The position numbers and the translations under genes are program-made. Under the pieces are notes generated by a model. That model was not told the origin of the DNA, did not search any database, and saw nothing but the letters and a program-made list of their open reading frames with translations. 64,000 nt of DNA, from the IMG/VR virus record IMGVR_UViG_3300033121_001593, positions 1-64,000 of that record; one strand, given 5' to 3'. Shown here piece by piece: positions 43,500 through 54,342 of this stretch. This stretch comes from a virus. Its lineage: Duplodnaviria > Caudoviricetes. Position 1 is the first letter of the stretch; each line of letters begins with the position of its first letter.

Positions 43500-44847
43500 C
43501 TGTCCCTCCTAGCTCGGCATTCAGGGCGTCCGAGACCTCGGCGAGCCAGCCCTCTAACTGTGGCCGGCCATAGATTAGCTTTCCGATGTGACCGATTGAA
43601 ACGTCCAGGCAGACGCCTATCCGCATTCCAAGCGCCTTGGCCTGCACGCAGAACTGAGCGTCATCCGACTGCTGAGAAACCATCGGGAAGAACTGAGTCC
43701 AGGCCGGCCCCCACTCGCCGATCATGGCCTCGAAAACGTGCCGGCGAATGAGCGTGAACGCCAGCCCGGTCATGTCTGCATCGAAGACCCGATACTCCGG
43801 GCGATACTCCAGGACGTGGGCATAGTGGACGCCTTGCAGGGACATGGGCTGCGGCGGTTGATACTTGAGCCGCCGCATCGTGATCGGGCGCGGCGGGTAC
43901 TGTCGCCTGGTGGCGAAGGCTGAGAGGATATCGAACTGCTGCCCTTCGGCGTGCTCACGCAGCCTCTCCAGGTCCCCGGAGCTAAAGGTCATATCGTCAT
44001 CGAGCATGAATAACGAATCGGCGTCCGTCATCAGAAACGCCCTGGCCAGAGCGTCCGCCGCCCAGTGAGCCGGCATATTTGCCACCGGCCGCAGCGCGCC
44101 GTCGCCGGGACGCAGGGCGGAAAGCAACTGCTGGTAACAGATGAAGAACTCGGCCTCAGGCCCGTTGGCCGTCCTGACGCCCACCGCCACCTTGCCCCAG
44201 GGGCCTAGCTTGCGGGTCGTGGCGCGGGGGATATAGCGGCCCACGGCGTCGTAATGCACCAGCGCCTGGTCGAGCGCGCTATAGGTCAGATCGGGGCGGG
44301 TGACGATAACCCCGAAGCCCTCAAGCGCCCGACTTAGCAGCGCCGGGTCATCTACCAGCGCCTCGAAGTCGACCGACAAGACCGGGCACCGCACGCGCGC
44401 CAGGGCGGCGTCATGGACGGCCCGCGCCTTGAGATACCAGGCTTGGGCGGCCTGATACGGCTGGTCCGTGGCCGCCTCGTAGGACGCCATCACCGCGGCC
44501 GGCGAGCGCCAAACGTCGATCACGACCGGGGCGTCACACAGGGAAACGAGCAGGGGTAGACGTGAGCCAAAGGCGCAGGACTTCGCCCCCCATGTCGGGC
44601 CGGATAGTTCGCCCCGGTCCCTAATGTACTCGGCGAAGGCATCGCTCAGATCGCCCTCGCTCTCGAAAGACCCGATGAGAATTTCGTGGAGCCTTGCGTC
44701 CTCGAATGTCTGGTGTGTCCAACCGGGGCGGGGCGGGCGAAGTCTCCCGCCGACGTTACCCATCAGCACACCGAGCGCATCGTGGAGGATTTTGGCGGCG
44801 AGCGTAGCTCCCGAACGCTCGACACCGGTTACAAAGATTTGCGGCAA
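43480..44847 (-). CDS. sulfotransferase-like / GT-A glycosyltransferase fusion
   Basis: IFVTGVERSGAT; LFMLDDDM..GLAFTLIRRHVFE..SDDAQFC..IGHIG; TTG start after GGAG. Confidence 0.75.
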   Translation of the reverse strand: MPQIFVTGVERSGATLAAKILHDALGVLMGNVGGRLRPPRPGWTHQTFEDARLHEILIGSFESEGDLSDAFAEYIRDRGELSGPTWGAKSCAFGSRLPLLVSLCDAPVVIDVWRSPAAVMASYEAATDQPYQAAQAWYLKARAVHDAALARVRCPVLSVDFEALVDDPALLSRALEGFGVIVTRPDLTYSALDQALVHYDAVGRYIPRATTRKLGPWGKVAVGVRTANGPEAEFFICYQQLLSALRPGDGALRPVANMPAHWAADALARAFLMTDADSLFMLDDDMTFSSGDLERLREHAEGQQFDILSAFATRRQYPPRPITMRRLKYQPPQPMSLQGVHYAHVLEYRPEYRVFDADMTGLAFTLIRRHVFEAMIGEWGPAWTQFFPMVSQQSDDAQFCVQAKALGMRIGVCLDVSIGHIGKLIYGRPQLEGWLAEVSDALNAELGGTDAPAAA

Positions 44848-44851
44848 AGCT

Positions 44852-45193
44852 CTATTCTCCAATCGTGTAGGTTTCAACCCCGCCAGGCACATAGACGGGG
44901 AACGATCCGTAGCCAGGTATCACTACCTGAAAAAACGGTTTGAGCGTCGGCGGGGCCGGCACCAGCCAGACCATTTCGTCGGTCGGGGGCAGACGGACCT
45001 CAGCGACGCCGCTTTCGTCGGTCACGACGGTCTGAAGCTGCGGTAGGATTATACCACGCCATGCAGCCGAAAACACAAGCTTGATCTCGACAGGGACGCC
45101 AGCCGCTGCCGGCACAACCCGCACCCGCACCAGGACGGGAAGAACGGGCGCATCCTGCTTAGTCGGGTCTGTAACGGGCCTGATTTTTGCCAT
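44852..45193 (-). CDS. virion-associated hypothetical protein
   Basis: Start MAKIRPV; VVTDESGVAEVRL. Confidence 0.6.
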   Translation of the reverse strand: MAKIRPVTDPTKQDAPVLPVLVRVRVVPAAAGVPVEIKLVFSAAWRGIILPQLQTVVTDESGVAEVRLPPTDEMVWLVPAPPTLKPFFQVVIPGYGSFPVYVPGGVETYTIGE

Positions 45194-45194
45194 G

Positions 45195-46001
45195 TTACAC
45201 CAGCTGGCCCAGGAACATGAAAGGCCGGGCGGGGATCGAATCGACCGTGACGGAAAAGGCCGCCGTTCCGCCAATCGTGAAAACGTAAGACGCCACGGAC
45301 CCACCCTCGGCGGCGAAGCGCGAGCCTGAGTGCCAGCAATCGAACACCACAAGGCCCAGGGCGTTTGTGGTGGCCTCGTTGAGCGAGGACGTTTCGGGGT
45401 CGATGTAGGAGTTGCCGACCGACGTAAAGTCGCCCTCGCCAGACAGGGCGCAGGTCACAGACACGGCCTCAAGAGGCTCCATCCCTACATCTGCAAAGAC
45501 ACCGATCAGCACCCGACAATGCTCACTCGATGCAGGAGCACCGGGGACGTAGAACCAGATGAAGTTCGGAGCAGACTCCACGCCGGCCAGGATATGGGTT
45601 ATCCTGTATACCGCCGCGTGTAGGGTTACGGTTACGCCCGTATCGGCATAACTTTCATGCAGCGACCTAACCTCGGTGCCGCTGGCATAGGTTCCTGAAC
45701 CCATGACCCACACAACTCCGGTCAGGGTATCGGTTGACTTGCCCGACCAAGTAAAATAGGCGTCACCCATCGACCCGAAGCCAGTTGAGCCGAATGCTGT
45801 TCCGCTGACGAGAACGATGGACGTGCCGCCATAAGTCGCATCGGAGGCCAGGGTTGATTGAATGGTGGCATAAGGAGACGTTGCCGCTTGGCCCGCGGCA
45901 ACGGTCGTCCACGATACCCAGTTTGTTGAGCGTTCCACCTTGTAAGTCGAGCCGGCGGCGGCATCGGGAGCGCCTGCCCAGCGCACAGTAATATCAGTCA
46001 T
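45195..46001 (-). CDS. virion structural/tail protein (FN3-like N-terminus)
   Basis: VRWAG..YKVERS..WTTV; AGGAGG RBS. Confidence 0.7.
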   Translation of the reverse strand: MTDITVRWAGAPDAAAGSTYKVERSTNWVSWTTVAAGQAATSPYATIQSTLASDATYGGTSIVLVSGTAFGSTGFGSMGDAYFTWSGKSTDTLTGVVWVMGSGTYASGTEVRSLHESYADTGVTVTLHAAVYRITHILAGVESAPNFIWFYVPGAPASSEHCRVLIGVFADVGMEPLEAVSVTCALSGEGDFTSVGNSYIDPETSSLNEATTNALGLVVFDCWHSGSRFAAEGGSVASYVFTIGGTAAFSVTVDSIPARPFMFLGQLV

Positions 46002-46010
46002 CGAGACCTC

Positions 46011-46856
46011 CTAGCTCATCGTCCAGTCACATTGAAGTTGTGCTATTCGAAGTATATCGCCATTCCCAACAAAAACGCTCATCGAATTGTCGTACACAAG
46101 AATATTGCCAGCGCCAATGGTCGGGTCGTCACTGACAAAGACCGACTCGATGGTTCCCCATAACGCCTTCGCAGTCTGGAATTGAATCGGAACCATTCCT
46201 GCAAAATCATTCGTAATCATACCGCCGCTGGACAATTCCCAAACATTCGGACTGCTACCGCTTTCACCATACGCATGAACCAGGTGACGATAGTACCCGT
46301 CACCTGACGACGGTTCGGCCACGGTCGAGCCATCATCAGAATCGGTGATGGCGCTTGTCGCCAGGCCGAGCCACGTTTCAACGGTAGCAAAGCTGTTCCC
46401 TTTGAACACATGGTTAAGCAGGGCGTTCGCCAGGTACGTTGACAAGCCACCGGCCTGAAACGAGACAGTGACCTCGGCGGAGAGAACGCTGACTACGCAC
46501 CCATTGGTGATGGTTTTGCTGTTCAGAAAAGCGCCAACAGCCAGGACATTGCCGTCGCCAATGGGGGACGCGTCTGTGACCATCCAGTGGGTCACGGTTC
46601 CCCATGACCCTGACGCTTCAGGAAACGTAATATCTCCGTCCTGAACGACATTGCGGCTGTCCGGGTCAAGAAAGGCGATCTGTTGACGCTCATAGCCATA
46701 GGCGGCGGTGACCTCGTAAGCGGTACTTCCGAGCGCCGCGTCTCCGGGATTGCCGGTCAGCAGGGCAAGATACCACTCACGAGGCGGGTCGAAAGTAGCC
46801 TTGTTGAACACAAGGTCCATCAGCTTATCTTCGACGTAGTTGGTCAGGCTTCCCAT
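46011..46856 (-). CDS. tail-associated protein, tandem two-domain paralog 1
   Basis: LTNYVEDKLMD..YLALLT..YERQ..TFPEASGSWGTVTH, pattern repeated. Confidence 0.75.
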   Translation of the reverse strand: MGSLTNYVEDKLMDLVFNKATFDPPREWYLALLTGNPGDAALGSTAYEVTAAYGYERQQIAFLDPDSRNVVQDGDITFPEASGSWGTVTHWMVTDASPIGDGNVLAVGAFLNSKTITNGCVVSVLSAEVTVSFQAGGLSTYLANALLNHVFKGNSFATVETWLGLATSAITDSDDGSTVAEPSSGDGYYRHLVHAYGESGSSPNVWELSSGGMITNDFAGMVPIQFQTAKALWGTIESVFVSDDPTIGAGNILVYDNSMSVFVGNGDILRIAQLQCDWTMS

Positions 46857-46862
46857 GATCGA

Positions 46863-47681
46863 CTAGCTCAGGGTCCAGTCACAGTTGCCGGCCGTGAATT
46901 GGATCGAGTCGCCGTCAGCCACGGCGGTGTCAGTCATGGAATTGTCATACCACAGCAGGTCACCGACCGTTGACGCGCTGCACACAGCGACCGCCACGGC
47001 AGTTCCCCACGAACCCCCGGAAGCCGGGCCGACCGTGATGGCGTGAGTATTGTCTACGTTGCCACCGCTGGACAGGTCCCAAGTCGGGCTTGACCCGCCA
47101 TTGATATTGACCTGCACCCTGGCGTAACCGTTGCCGGAAGGCTCGGTGATCGTGGAGCCGGTCATACCGTCCGTGACAACAACCGTGGTCAGGGCAATCC
47201 ACGTCGCGGGCTTGGAGTAGGCGGTATTCCTGAACGCCAGATCGAGCAGCTTGTGAACTAGAAAGTCGCTCATTTGGCCGGCAGCGACCGAGACCTCGAT
47301 TTGCCCAGATGCCACCGTCATCGTTGAGCCGCTGATCGGGGACTTCGATGCCGCGAACGATCCGTAGGCCAGGGCGTTGCCCGCGCCCCACGTTGCCGAG
47401 TCGACAATCGCCCAGTGGGTGACGGTTCCCCATGCGCCGCTGGCGGTGGGGAAAGTCACGGTCCCATTCTGCGAGACCTTACGGGACGCCGCCGCGCTGA
47501 AAGTGATCGCCGTTCGGGCATAGCTGCCAGAGTTGGCGACCTCGGACATAGAAGCGCCCGTGGCGGTTTCGCCGGGATCGGCCGTCGCCAGGGCCAGGTA
47601 GACGGTCGCGGCGGGCGTGTAGGCCACGTTGAAAACGTGATCCATCAACTTATCTTCGAGATAATTCGTAGCGGAACCCAT
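46863..47681 (-). CDS. tail-associated protein, tandem two-domain paralog 2
   Basis: ATNYLEDKLMD..YLALAT..YARTAITF..WGTVTH; both paralogs end CDWT(L/M)S. Confidence 0.75.
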   Translation of the reverse strand: MGSATNYLEDKLMDHVFNVAYTPAATVYLALATADPGETATGASMSEVANSGSYARTAITFSAAASRKVSQNGTVTFPTASGAWGTVTHWAIVDSATWGAGNALAYGSFAASKSPISGSTMTVASGQIEVSVAAGQMSDFLVHKLLDLAFRNTAYSKPATWIALTTVVVTDGMTGSTITEPSGNGYARVQVNINGGSSPTWDLSSGGNVDNTHAITVGPASGGSWGTAVAVAVCSASTVGDLLWYDNSMTDTAVADGDSIQFTAGNCDWTLS

Positions 47682-47685
47682 TTAG

Positions 47686-50600
47686 TTACTCTCCTTGTAC
47701 ACTTACCGGGACGCTTCTGCGTTCCGATGAACTCAAACCGACAGGGGGAACGGCGGCCACGGAAGGGAAGCAGGCTACCGACCCAGGAACCGAAAGACGG
47801 GGCGAAAGCGCAAACGATGCGCCCAGGGCGTGCAGCCTGGCCGCCGGACCCAGGCCGGCCGACGCGGTCGCAAGCCGGGCCGGAATCGCCATCGGGGATG
47901 CCGGAACCGGGGAGATAGTCGCCTGCGCTAAAGAAGTACCCTTCGAGCTTCTCAATTCGGCCTCCATCATTCCAGCGGGATACGGGGCGTCCTTGTGCCG
48001 GGCTACCATCCATTCGAAGCCCAGCGAGTCCACCAGATTTCCGCCGAAGGCTGCAAAGGTAGCCGTTGCGGAAGTCGCAACCGACTGCCGTCGAGCCAGG
48101 TTCGGAACAGTCACAGATGATACCACAAGGCCCGCAATTAGCAAGGACGCGCGCTTAGAGAGAGCCGGAGTCGTGGTCGCCGAAGCCGAACTACCGGAGG
48201 ACGCAAGGGCCTGCCTTTTGCCAAGGACCGACGTTGTGGTATCAGATGCCGAGCTACCTGACGCCGTAGCAGTTTGACGCCTGCCCAGGATCGGCACACC
48301 GGTACTCGAAGCGGCGCTACCAGAAGGCGCAAGGGCCTGACGCCGGCCAATGACCGGCGCTGTGGTGCTCGAAGCCCCGACCCCGCCAGCCACAAGGGCC
48401 TGACGGTTTCCGAACGCCGGAGTCGTCACACTTGAGGCCGCAGAGCCTGAAGAAGAAAGCACCTGACGCCATCCCAGGATCGCGGTCAACGTCGCAGATG
48501 AGCCGGCCCCGCTTGCCACCAAAGACTGCCGTTTGCCCAGGCCCGCGGTCGTCGTGCTCGAAGCCACGGACCCTGACGACGAAACGGGCTGACGCCACCC
48601 AAGAATGCAGGATTGAGTGGCCGAAGCCGCCGAACCGGAAGCCACGATCAACTGGCGATGACCAAAGATCGGGGACCCGGTCAGGGTTGCGGCCGATCCC
48701 GCTGTAACGAGCGCCTGCTTCCGGCCCATGACCGGGGAGTTGGTGAATGACGCCGCGGTTCCGGTCACGGTGACAAGCTGCCGCCAGCCAAGCAAGGGGG
48801 CTGGCGTTTGAGACGCTGCAACACCGGAGGCCGCCAGGGCTTGGCGTTTCCCTATGATCGGGGTGGTCACTGAAGATGCCACCGCGCCGGCACCCGTCAC
48901 GGCTTGCATGTTCCCGAACATCGGGACCGTAGTTGACGATGCGACAATCCCCGATCCTATCAGGGCTTGGCGCTTTCCGAACAGAGGCCCGGTTGTTGAC
49001 GACGCCGCTGACCCTGAGCCTGTCAGGGCCTGGCGGTTCCCAAACAGGGGAGCCGTAGTAGACGACGCTGCAGCACCGGATACAGACAACCCTTGCCACT
49101 TTCCAAGGATCGGTGACGTAGTAGACGACGCTCCGGCCCCTGTCGCCGTCAAGGCTTGGCGGTTCCCGAACAGGGGCGATGTCGTCGAAGACGCAACCGC
49201 GCCGGCCACGGTCAGGGCTTGGCGGTTCCCGAAAAGCGGGGCAGTCACCGATGACGCCGCGGACCCTGCTGCAGTCACGGACTGGCGGTTTCCGAACGTC
49301 GGAGACGCGGTCGAGGACGCAACGGACCCCGAAGCCGTGAGCGCCTGCCGCTTGCCGACAATGGGCGAGGAAACGGCGGAGGCCGCGGAGCCTGAGACCG
49401 TCAAGACCTGTCGCCATCCCAGGACCGTCGCCGGGGTGGATGACGCTGCCAGGGCCGACGCGGTAAGTTCCTGACGCCGGCCAATCACGGGGGAGGCCGT
49501 AGACGACGCAGCGGAGCCGGACGCCGTCACAACTTGCCGCCATCCGATGATCGGCACAGAAGTAGACGACGCAACCACACCGGATGCTATAGGGACCTGC
49601 CGCCATCCCAAGAGAGGGACGGCGGTAGCTGACGCCGCAGAGCCGGAGGCAATGACCGTCTGCCGATTTCCGAAGATCGGGGCGGTGGTGACCGATGAAG
49701 AAGCGCCCGACGCCAACAAGGCTTGGAGCCGGGCCAGGGCCGCCGAAGTCGTATTCAGCGCGGTCGCTCCTGCCACCGCCAGGGCCTGCGTGTTTCCAAA
49801 AAGGGCGGTCGTTGTCGAGCTACTGCCAGACCCAGCGGCCGCCACCGACTGCCGCTTACCTACCACGGGAGCCGTCACCGAAGACGCAACCGAGCCGGCA
49901 ACGACGAGCGCCTGCATCTTGGCGATATTCGGGGTGGTCGTAGCAGATGCGGTTCCGGCTGAGACGACAAGGCCCTCGCGCTTCATGAGGACCGGGCTAC
50001 TCGTCGCGGACGCAACCGATCCAGACGATACAATGGGCTGCCGCCAACCGAGAATAGCCGCCGCCGTCGCAGACGCGGCGATACCTGACGTTGCAATCAC
50101 CTGCTGCCACTTGAGAATGGCCGACGACGTAATCAGGTTACAAGCACCGGCCACGACGCGCGCCTGCTGTGTTCCCGCGGCCGGGGTGGTCGTAGCAGAT
50201 GCCGCCGATGCCGCTGAGGCCAGGCTTTGGCGGTTCCCAAAAACGGGGGACGTGGTCGATGACGGGGAGACGCCGGCCGCCGTAAGCGCCTGCCTTCTAG
50301 CAAGGATCGGTGAGCCTACGGAAGTCGCCGCCGAACCGCTGGCAATGAGCGCCTGCCAGCCCACCAGAGCAGGGGTGGTGGTGGACGAGCCTACGCTTCC
50401 AGAAGCGGAAAGGGCCTGCCCTTTGCCAAAGATCGGCGCGTTAGTAGAGGACAGGGCCGCGCCCGACGATATAAGCGCCGGACGCCAGCCCAGGATACCG
50501 GCCGAAGTAGACGACGCTGCGGTGCCGGCCGCGGCCAAGGCTTGACGGATGCCGTCAACAGGAGTCGTGGTAGATGAAGCCGCCGTACCGGAGACCACAA

Positions 50601-52068
50601 GGGCCTGCCTCAGGCCGATGGTCTGTGCGGAAGCGGTCGAGGACGTTGCCGCGCCGGATGCCGTAAGGACTTGGGACCTACGCAGAACAGGGTCGGCAAT
50701 AGCGGAGGCCGCGCTGCCTGAGACGGTGAGAGCCTGGCGCTTCCCAAGGACGGGCGACGTTGAACTTGATGCGGCCGATCCCGTAACCACAAGGGCCTGC
50801 CGGAGCGCAGCGGCCGGGACGGTCACGGAAGATGCCGCGCTGCCCGAAGTAACGAGCGCCTGGCGGAGGCCAAAGACGGGGGACGTGGTAGATGAGGCAC
50901 CGGAAGCGGAAGCGGTGAGCGCCTGCCCTTTGCCGAGAGTGGGGGACGTGACCGCAGACGATGCCGAGCCGGAAGACGTAACCAAGGCAACGAACGCCGC
51001 CACCGGGACGCTGACCGCCGTCGCCGCCGAGCCGGAAGACGTGAGCAGCTTCCGCATTCCCAGGGCTGGGGTGTTAGTCGATGACGCGGCGGTCGCGCTT
51101 GAAGTCCTCGGAGCGACCATGCCCAGAATGGTCACATCGGTCGTTTGGCTTTGCAGCAAGCCATTTGTGGAAGTGTAGACCGTGACGGTAGCCGCTGGGG
51201 TGGTCGTACTTGAGGCCGCGGAGCCGGAGGCGGATAGGCTGCTCGTCTTTCGCAGAGCCGGGGTGGTCGTGCTTGAAGCTGCCGAACCGGCGACGGAAAG
51301 ATCGCTAGTCTTCTGAAGGACAGGGGTTGTCGTAGACGAGTCGGCGGTTCCACTCGACGTGAATATCCACGGGTAGACGACGATGATCTTGGCATTTGAG
51401 CCGCTGCCACCGACCCGGTTTGTACCAGTCGTCGTATTCGACCTCCCTGCTCCGCCGCCGCCACCACCGGGGCTTAATCCGTTATTCCCGTTTTGATTCC
51501 GCGCGCCGCCGCCACCGCCGTTGCCACCGCCGTTGGTTCCGACAGCACCGGCGACGGTGTTTGCCGTTGTTCCTGCATTAGAATTTCCGGCCGACGCACC
51601 ACCACCACCACCACCAGAAGCGGCATTGGCATTTGCGCCGCCGCCGCCCGCATAGCTAGTGATGCCGCCGCCTGCCGTGTTCGCTGCGCCCCCCGGACCC
51701 GACCGGTTCCCTGTGTTATTGCCACGAATACCGCCGCCGCCACCGTTGGCACCGATGATGGTCGAAGTATTGCCCCCTGAGTTGTTATTGAATGTTGAGA
51801 CGCCGGCCGCCGTACCGTTTGCATTGCCGGTTCCGCCAGCGCCGCCTGCGCTAATCGTTAGGTCATGGACGTTCCCAGGCACAAGGCCAGTGACGCTGAT
51901 CCTGGCATACGCGCCGCCGCCGCCACCGCCGCCACCGCCTGTGGCGGAGTTATTGTTCGAGCCACCTGCACCACCGCCAGCGCCGAATATCTCTATATCG
52001 GCCCAGGTAACGCCAGCCGGGACGGTCCACGTATTCGCACCGGCGACGGTGAAGGTATTATTAGGCAT
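47686..52068 (-). CDS. giant fibre-like protein: Gly-rich head plus ~50 x 22-aa repeats
   Basis: WTVPAGVT..GAGGG head; repeat RQALTASGSAASSTTxPxFGx. Confidence 0.8.
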   Translation of the reverse strand: MPNNTFTVAGANTWTVPAGVTWADIEIFGAGGGAGGSNNNSATGGGGGGGGGAYARISVTGLVPGNVHDLTISAGGAGGTGNANGTAAGVSTFNNNSGGNTSTIIGANGGGGGIRGNNTGNRSGPGGAANTAGGGITSYAGGGGANANAASGGGGGGASAGNSNAGTTANTVAGAVGTNGGGNGGGGGARNQNGNNGLSPGGGGGGAGRSNTTTGTNRVGGSGSNAKIIVVYPWIFTSSGTADSSTTTPVLQKTSDLSVAGSAASSTTTPALRKTSSLSASGSAASSTTTPAATVTVYTSTNGLLQSQTTDVTILGMVAPRTSSATAASSTNTPALGMRKLLTSSGSAATAVSVPVAAFVALVTSSGSASSAVTSPTLGKGQALTASASGASSTTSPVFGLRQALVTSGSAASSVTVPAAALRQALVVTGSAASSSTSPVLGKRQALTVSGSAASAIADPVLRRSQVLTASGAATSSTASAQTIGLRQALVVSGTAASSTTTPVDGIRQALAAAGTAASSTSAGILGWRPALISSGAALSSTNAPIFGKGQALSASGSVGSSTTTPALVGWQALIASGSAATSVGSPILARRQALTAAGVSPSSTTSPVFGNRQSLASAASAASATTTPAAGTQQARVVAGACNLITSSAILKWQQVIATSGIAASATAAAILGWRQPIVSSGSVASATSSPVLMKREGLVVSAGTASATTTPNIAKMQALVVAGSVASSVTAPVVGKRQSVAAAGSGSSSTTTALFGNTQALAVAGATALNTTSAALARLQALLASGASSSVTTAPIFGNRQTVIASGSAASATAVPLLGWRQVPIASGVVASSTSVPIIGWRQVVTASGSAASSTASPVIGRRQELTASALAASSTPATVLGWRQVLTVSGSAASAVSSPIVGKRQALTASGSVASSTASPTFGNRQSVTAAGSAASSVTAPLFGNRQALTVAGAVASSTTSPLFGNRQALTATGAGASSTTSPILGKWQGLSVSGAAASSTTAPLFGNRQALTGSGSAASSTTGPLFGKRQALIGSGIVASSTTVPMFGNMQAVTGAGAVASSVTTPIIGKRQALAASGVAASQTPAPLLGWRQLVTVTGTAASFTNSPVMGRKQALVTAGSAATLTGSPIFGHRQLIVASGSAASATQSCILGWRQPVSSSGSVASSTTTAGLGKRQSLVASGAGSSATLTAILGWRQVLSSSGSAASSVTTPAFGNRQALVAGGVGASSTTAPVIGRRQALAPSGSAASSTGVPILGRRQTATASGSSASDTTTSVLGKRQALASSGSSASATTTPALSKRASLLIAGLVVSSVTVPNLARRQSVATSATATFAAFGGNLVDSLGFEWMVARHKDAPYPAGMMEAELRSSKGTSLAQATISPVPASPMAIPARLATASAGLGPAARLHALGASFALSPRLSVPGSVACFPSVAAVPPVGLSSSERRSVPVSVQGE

Positions 52069-52738
52069 CGAGGCCCCATGCGGTTATGACCGCTTTCAGA
52101 GCCTCGACTTTCTCAGGGACCGTGATCGTGTACTGGTGCCAAAGATAGTTGCCAGGATCGCCACGGGCCGCCAGGATATTTGTCACGGTCGTGAACTTCA
52201 GGCCGAACCGGGCGATATTGCGGCTGAGAATGTAGTCGTCTATCAGGTGATCCGGGCTGATCCCTGCCGCAAGCTCCGCATGGATCGGGAAGATGTTTGA
52301 CACTGCCTCGTCGTAGGGAATATCTAGCTCGGCCCACAGATCGAGACAGAGCCGGGAGGCCACGGTGAACCAGTTGCACGAGCCGATGTGCCGCCCGTCC
52401 CTGCGGAAATAGTCATCGTAGCGCCAGCGATTGCCCGCCATATCAGCGCCGTTGTGGGCCACGGTATCGGGCGTTAGGTGCTCGGTCACGTCGAACATAT
52501 CCGGGTGAACCAGAGCATCGGAGTCGATATAGATCGACCAGTCGTCGCCTCGCTCACGGGCAAGCCGGCCGATCTGTAACTTCTCGTAGACAGGGGCGAA
52601 GCCGTGCCAGCACCGGGAGTCGATCACATGAAACGAGGCACCGATCTTGGACGCGTAGTGCCTAAGCCACGGATAGGTCAGTTCCGTGATCTCAGGCGCG
52701 TACCCGTCCACGTTGAGCGTGTAGACCGTCTTATTCAT
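52061..52738 (-). CDS. putative GT-A glycosyltransferase
   Basis: YASKIGA..YEKLQI..IYIDSDALV (DxD). Confidence 0.65.
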   Translation of the reverse strand: MNKTVYTLNVDGYAPEITELTYPWLRHYASKIGASFHVIDSRCWHGFAPVYEKLQIGRLARERGDDWSIYIDSDALVHPDMFDVTEHLTPDTVAHNGADMAGNRWRYDDYFRRDGRHIGSCNWFTVASRLCLDLWAELDIPYDEAVSNIFPIHAELAAGISPDHLIDDYILSRNIARFGLKFTTVTNILAARGDPGNYLWHQYTITVPEKVEALKAVITAWGLDA

Positions 52739-54342
52739 GTGGAGAAGACGTTACCCCAGTCACCCTCGATGCAGGCAAAGACCTTTGCCGCGCCCGTCGC
52801 CAAATGGTCAGCGCGTTGGGCGATATAGGTCCTGCCCCCGTGGTTGACCTTGAACTCCGGGCTAGTAGGAACAAAGCCGGCGGCGAAAATCGCCTTCTGT
52901 AGCGCCGCGTTCGGGTTGGGGAAGATCACCTGCTGCTTGTCGCCCTCGGCCATCAGCACCGATGACAACGTGCGGGCAGTACCCGCCATTTCTGGAATGA
53001 CCGCTTCCATCTTGTCGCCGGGGCAGGACGTTTGGTTGTTCGGCACGTCCCGATGCCCGCGCACGGGGATGCTACGGCCCAGGTAGGCCCGGATAGCAGC
53101 GATGATCTCACGGCCTGCGTCGATCTCGGCCTGCTCAGGCTTGGTGGTCATGAACGACCCCATGAAGCAGATCGCCACGTCCGGGCCATTGCCCTCCCTG
53201 GCGTGATATGAGATCACGTCAAGGTCATTCAGCAGGGAGATGGTCAGGACGCCGTTATAGAGCCTGACGCCGACATGGTAGGCAATGTCTGGCCAGCCCT
53301 TGGTGCCGACGTGATAGCCCCGCACCGTCTGCCAGGTTGTGGCATGGCCGGTCTCGGAGTGGTGAACGTCAATCGCCTTGATCGCGCTGAGCGGGCGACG
53401 GTCGTAGGTGTTGGGCTTGGAGATGTTCTCGAAGCGCGCGCCGATCTTGGTGGCCGCGCCAGCCAGGACCGCCGAAAACGTCTGCGGAGGCTGTGCGGCC
53501 GCGCCCAAGAAGGGGCCGCCTTGGGCGTCGATGTGTTGATCGATCATACCGGAAAGCTCCTCGTCAACTTCGAAATCCGACCAGTCACCGGTCGGGCCAG
53601 AAGTGAACACGGTCGCGCAGAGCACGTAAGGGTCTGCGGCCAGGCCCGCGTCGAACTGGCGAAGTTGCTCCATGTAGACGCCTTTGGTCGGGGCAAACGT
53701 CTTCCAGCCACGTTTAGGCAGAGCGACGACTCCGCCATCGACACCGCACTCCGTAATGAGCAGCGGGGGAAGGGCGATACCGGCCTCGGTCGCATAGCGC
53801 CGGTTACGGCGATACCTAAAGGCGTGCCAGTCATTCATGCCCGCCTCAGGGTGGGAGTAGCCCATCACCCAGTAGCAATGAAAGCCCTCATAGTCACAGG
53901 CTGCCAGGCCCTTGGCAATCGCCACGTAGCAGGCCAAAGCCTGCGCCTCGTCACCACCGGGATTGCCCTCGGAGAGACAGCCGCCGACCACCTTGAGGCC
54001 GGCTGCGTGCATCAGTTCTGCCAGCCGCTTGGTGAACTGACCGAGCGCCGTAGCGAAAGCAAGGTCTGCCACGGGCTGGGGTTCGTTAGGCCCCTCCCAG
54101 GCATGGACATAGGGCGCGCGGGCCACGTAGGGCTGAAGGAACCGGAACCAGACCTCAGCGCCGGCCGCGCCCTGAGACACAAGCCGGTTGCTATCTTCGT
54201 CTGGCATGTAGGCCCGACCGATAACCAGCCGACCGGGCCAGCGGTTTTCCGATGGGGGGTCCATGACCTTGACCCAGCGGGCCGCCGTGTTACCGGCCCA
54301 GCCCGGCAACTGCTGAAAGTGAAGGGCTAACTTTGAAGTCAT
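52735..54342 (-). CDS. endolysin: glycoside-hydrolase-like domain + amidase_2 + C-terminal module
   Basis: WEGPNEP..LITECG; VHHSET..GWPDIAYH..GHRDV..TSCPG. Confidence 0.85.
   Translation of the reverse strand: MTSKLALHFQQLPGWAGNTAARWVKVMDPPSENRWPGRLVIGRAYMPDEDSNRLVSQGAAGAEVWFRFLQPYVARAPYVHAWEGPNEPQPVADLAFATALGQFTKRLAELMHAAGLKVVGGCLSEGNPGGDEAQALACYVAIAKGLAACDYEGFHCYWVMGYSHPEAGMNDWHAFRYRRNRRYATEAGIALPPLLITECGVDGGVVALPKRGWKTFAPTKGVYMEQLRQFDAGLAADPYVLCATVFTSGPTGDWSDFEVDEELSGMIDQHIDAQGGPFLGAAAQPPQTFSAVLAGAATKIGARFENISKPNTYDRRPLSAIKAIDVHHSETGHATTWQTVRGYHVGTKGWPDIAYHVGVRLYNGVLTISLLNDLDVISYHAREGNGPDVAICFMGSFMTTKPEQAEIDAGREIIAAIRAYLGRSIPVRGHRDVPNNQTSCPGDKMEAVIPEMAGTARTLSSVLMAEGDKQQVIFPNPNAALQKAIFAAGFVPTSPEFKVNHGGRTYIAQRADHLATGAAKVFACIEGDWGNVFST

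Noticed and set aside
47686-52068. Diversity-generating retroelement or intragenic DNA repeat array
   Set aside because: Repeats are protein-level and diverged at synonymous sites; no reverse transcriptase or TR/VR pair is visible in the window
47993-52300. Long plus-strand ORFs opposite the repeat fibre gene
   Set aside because: Antisense shadows of a GC-rich repetitive CDS
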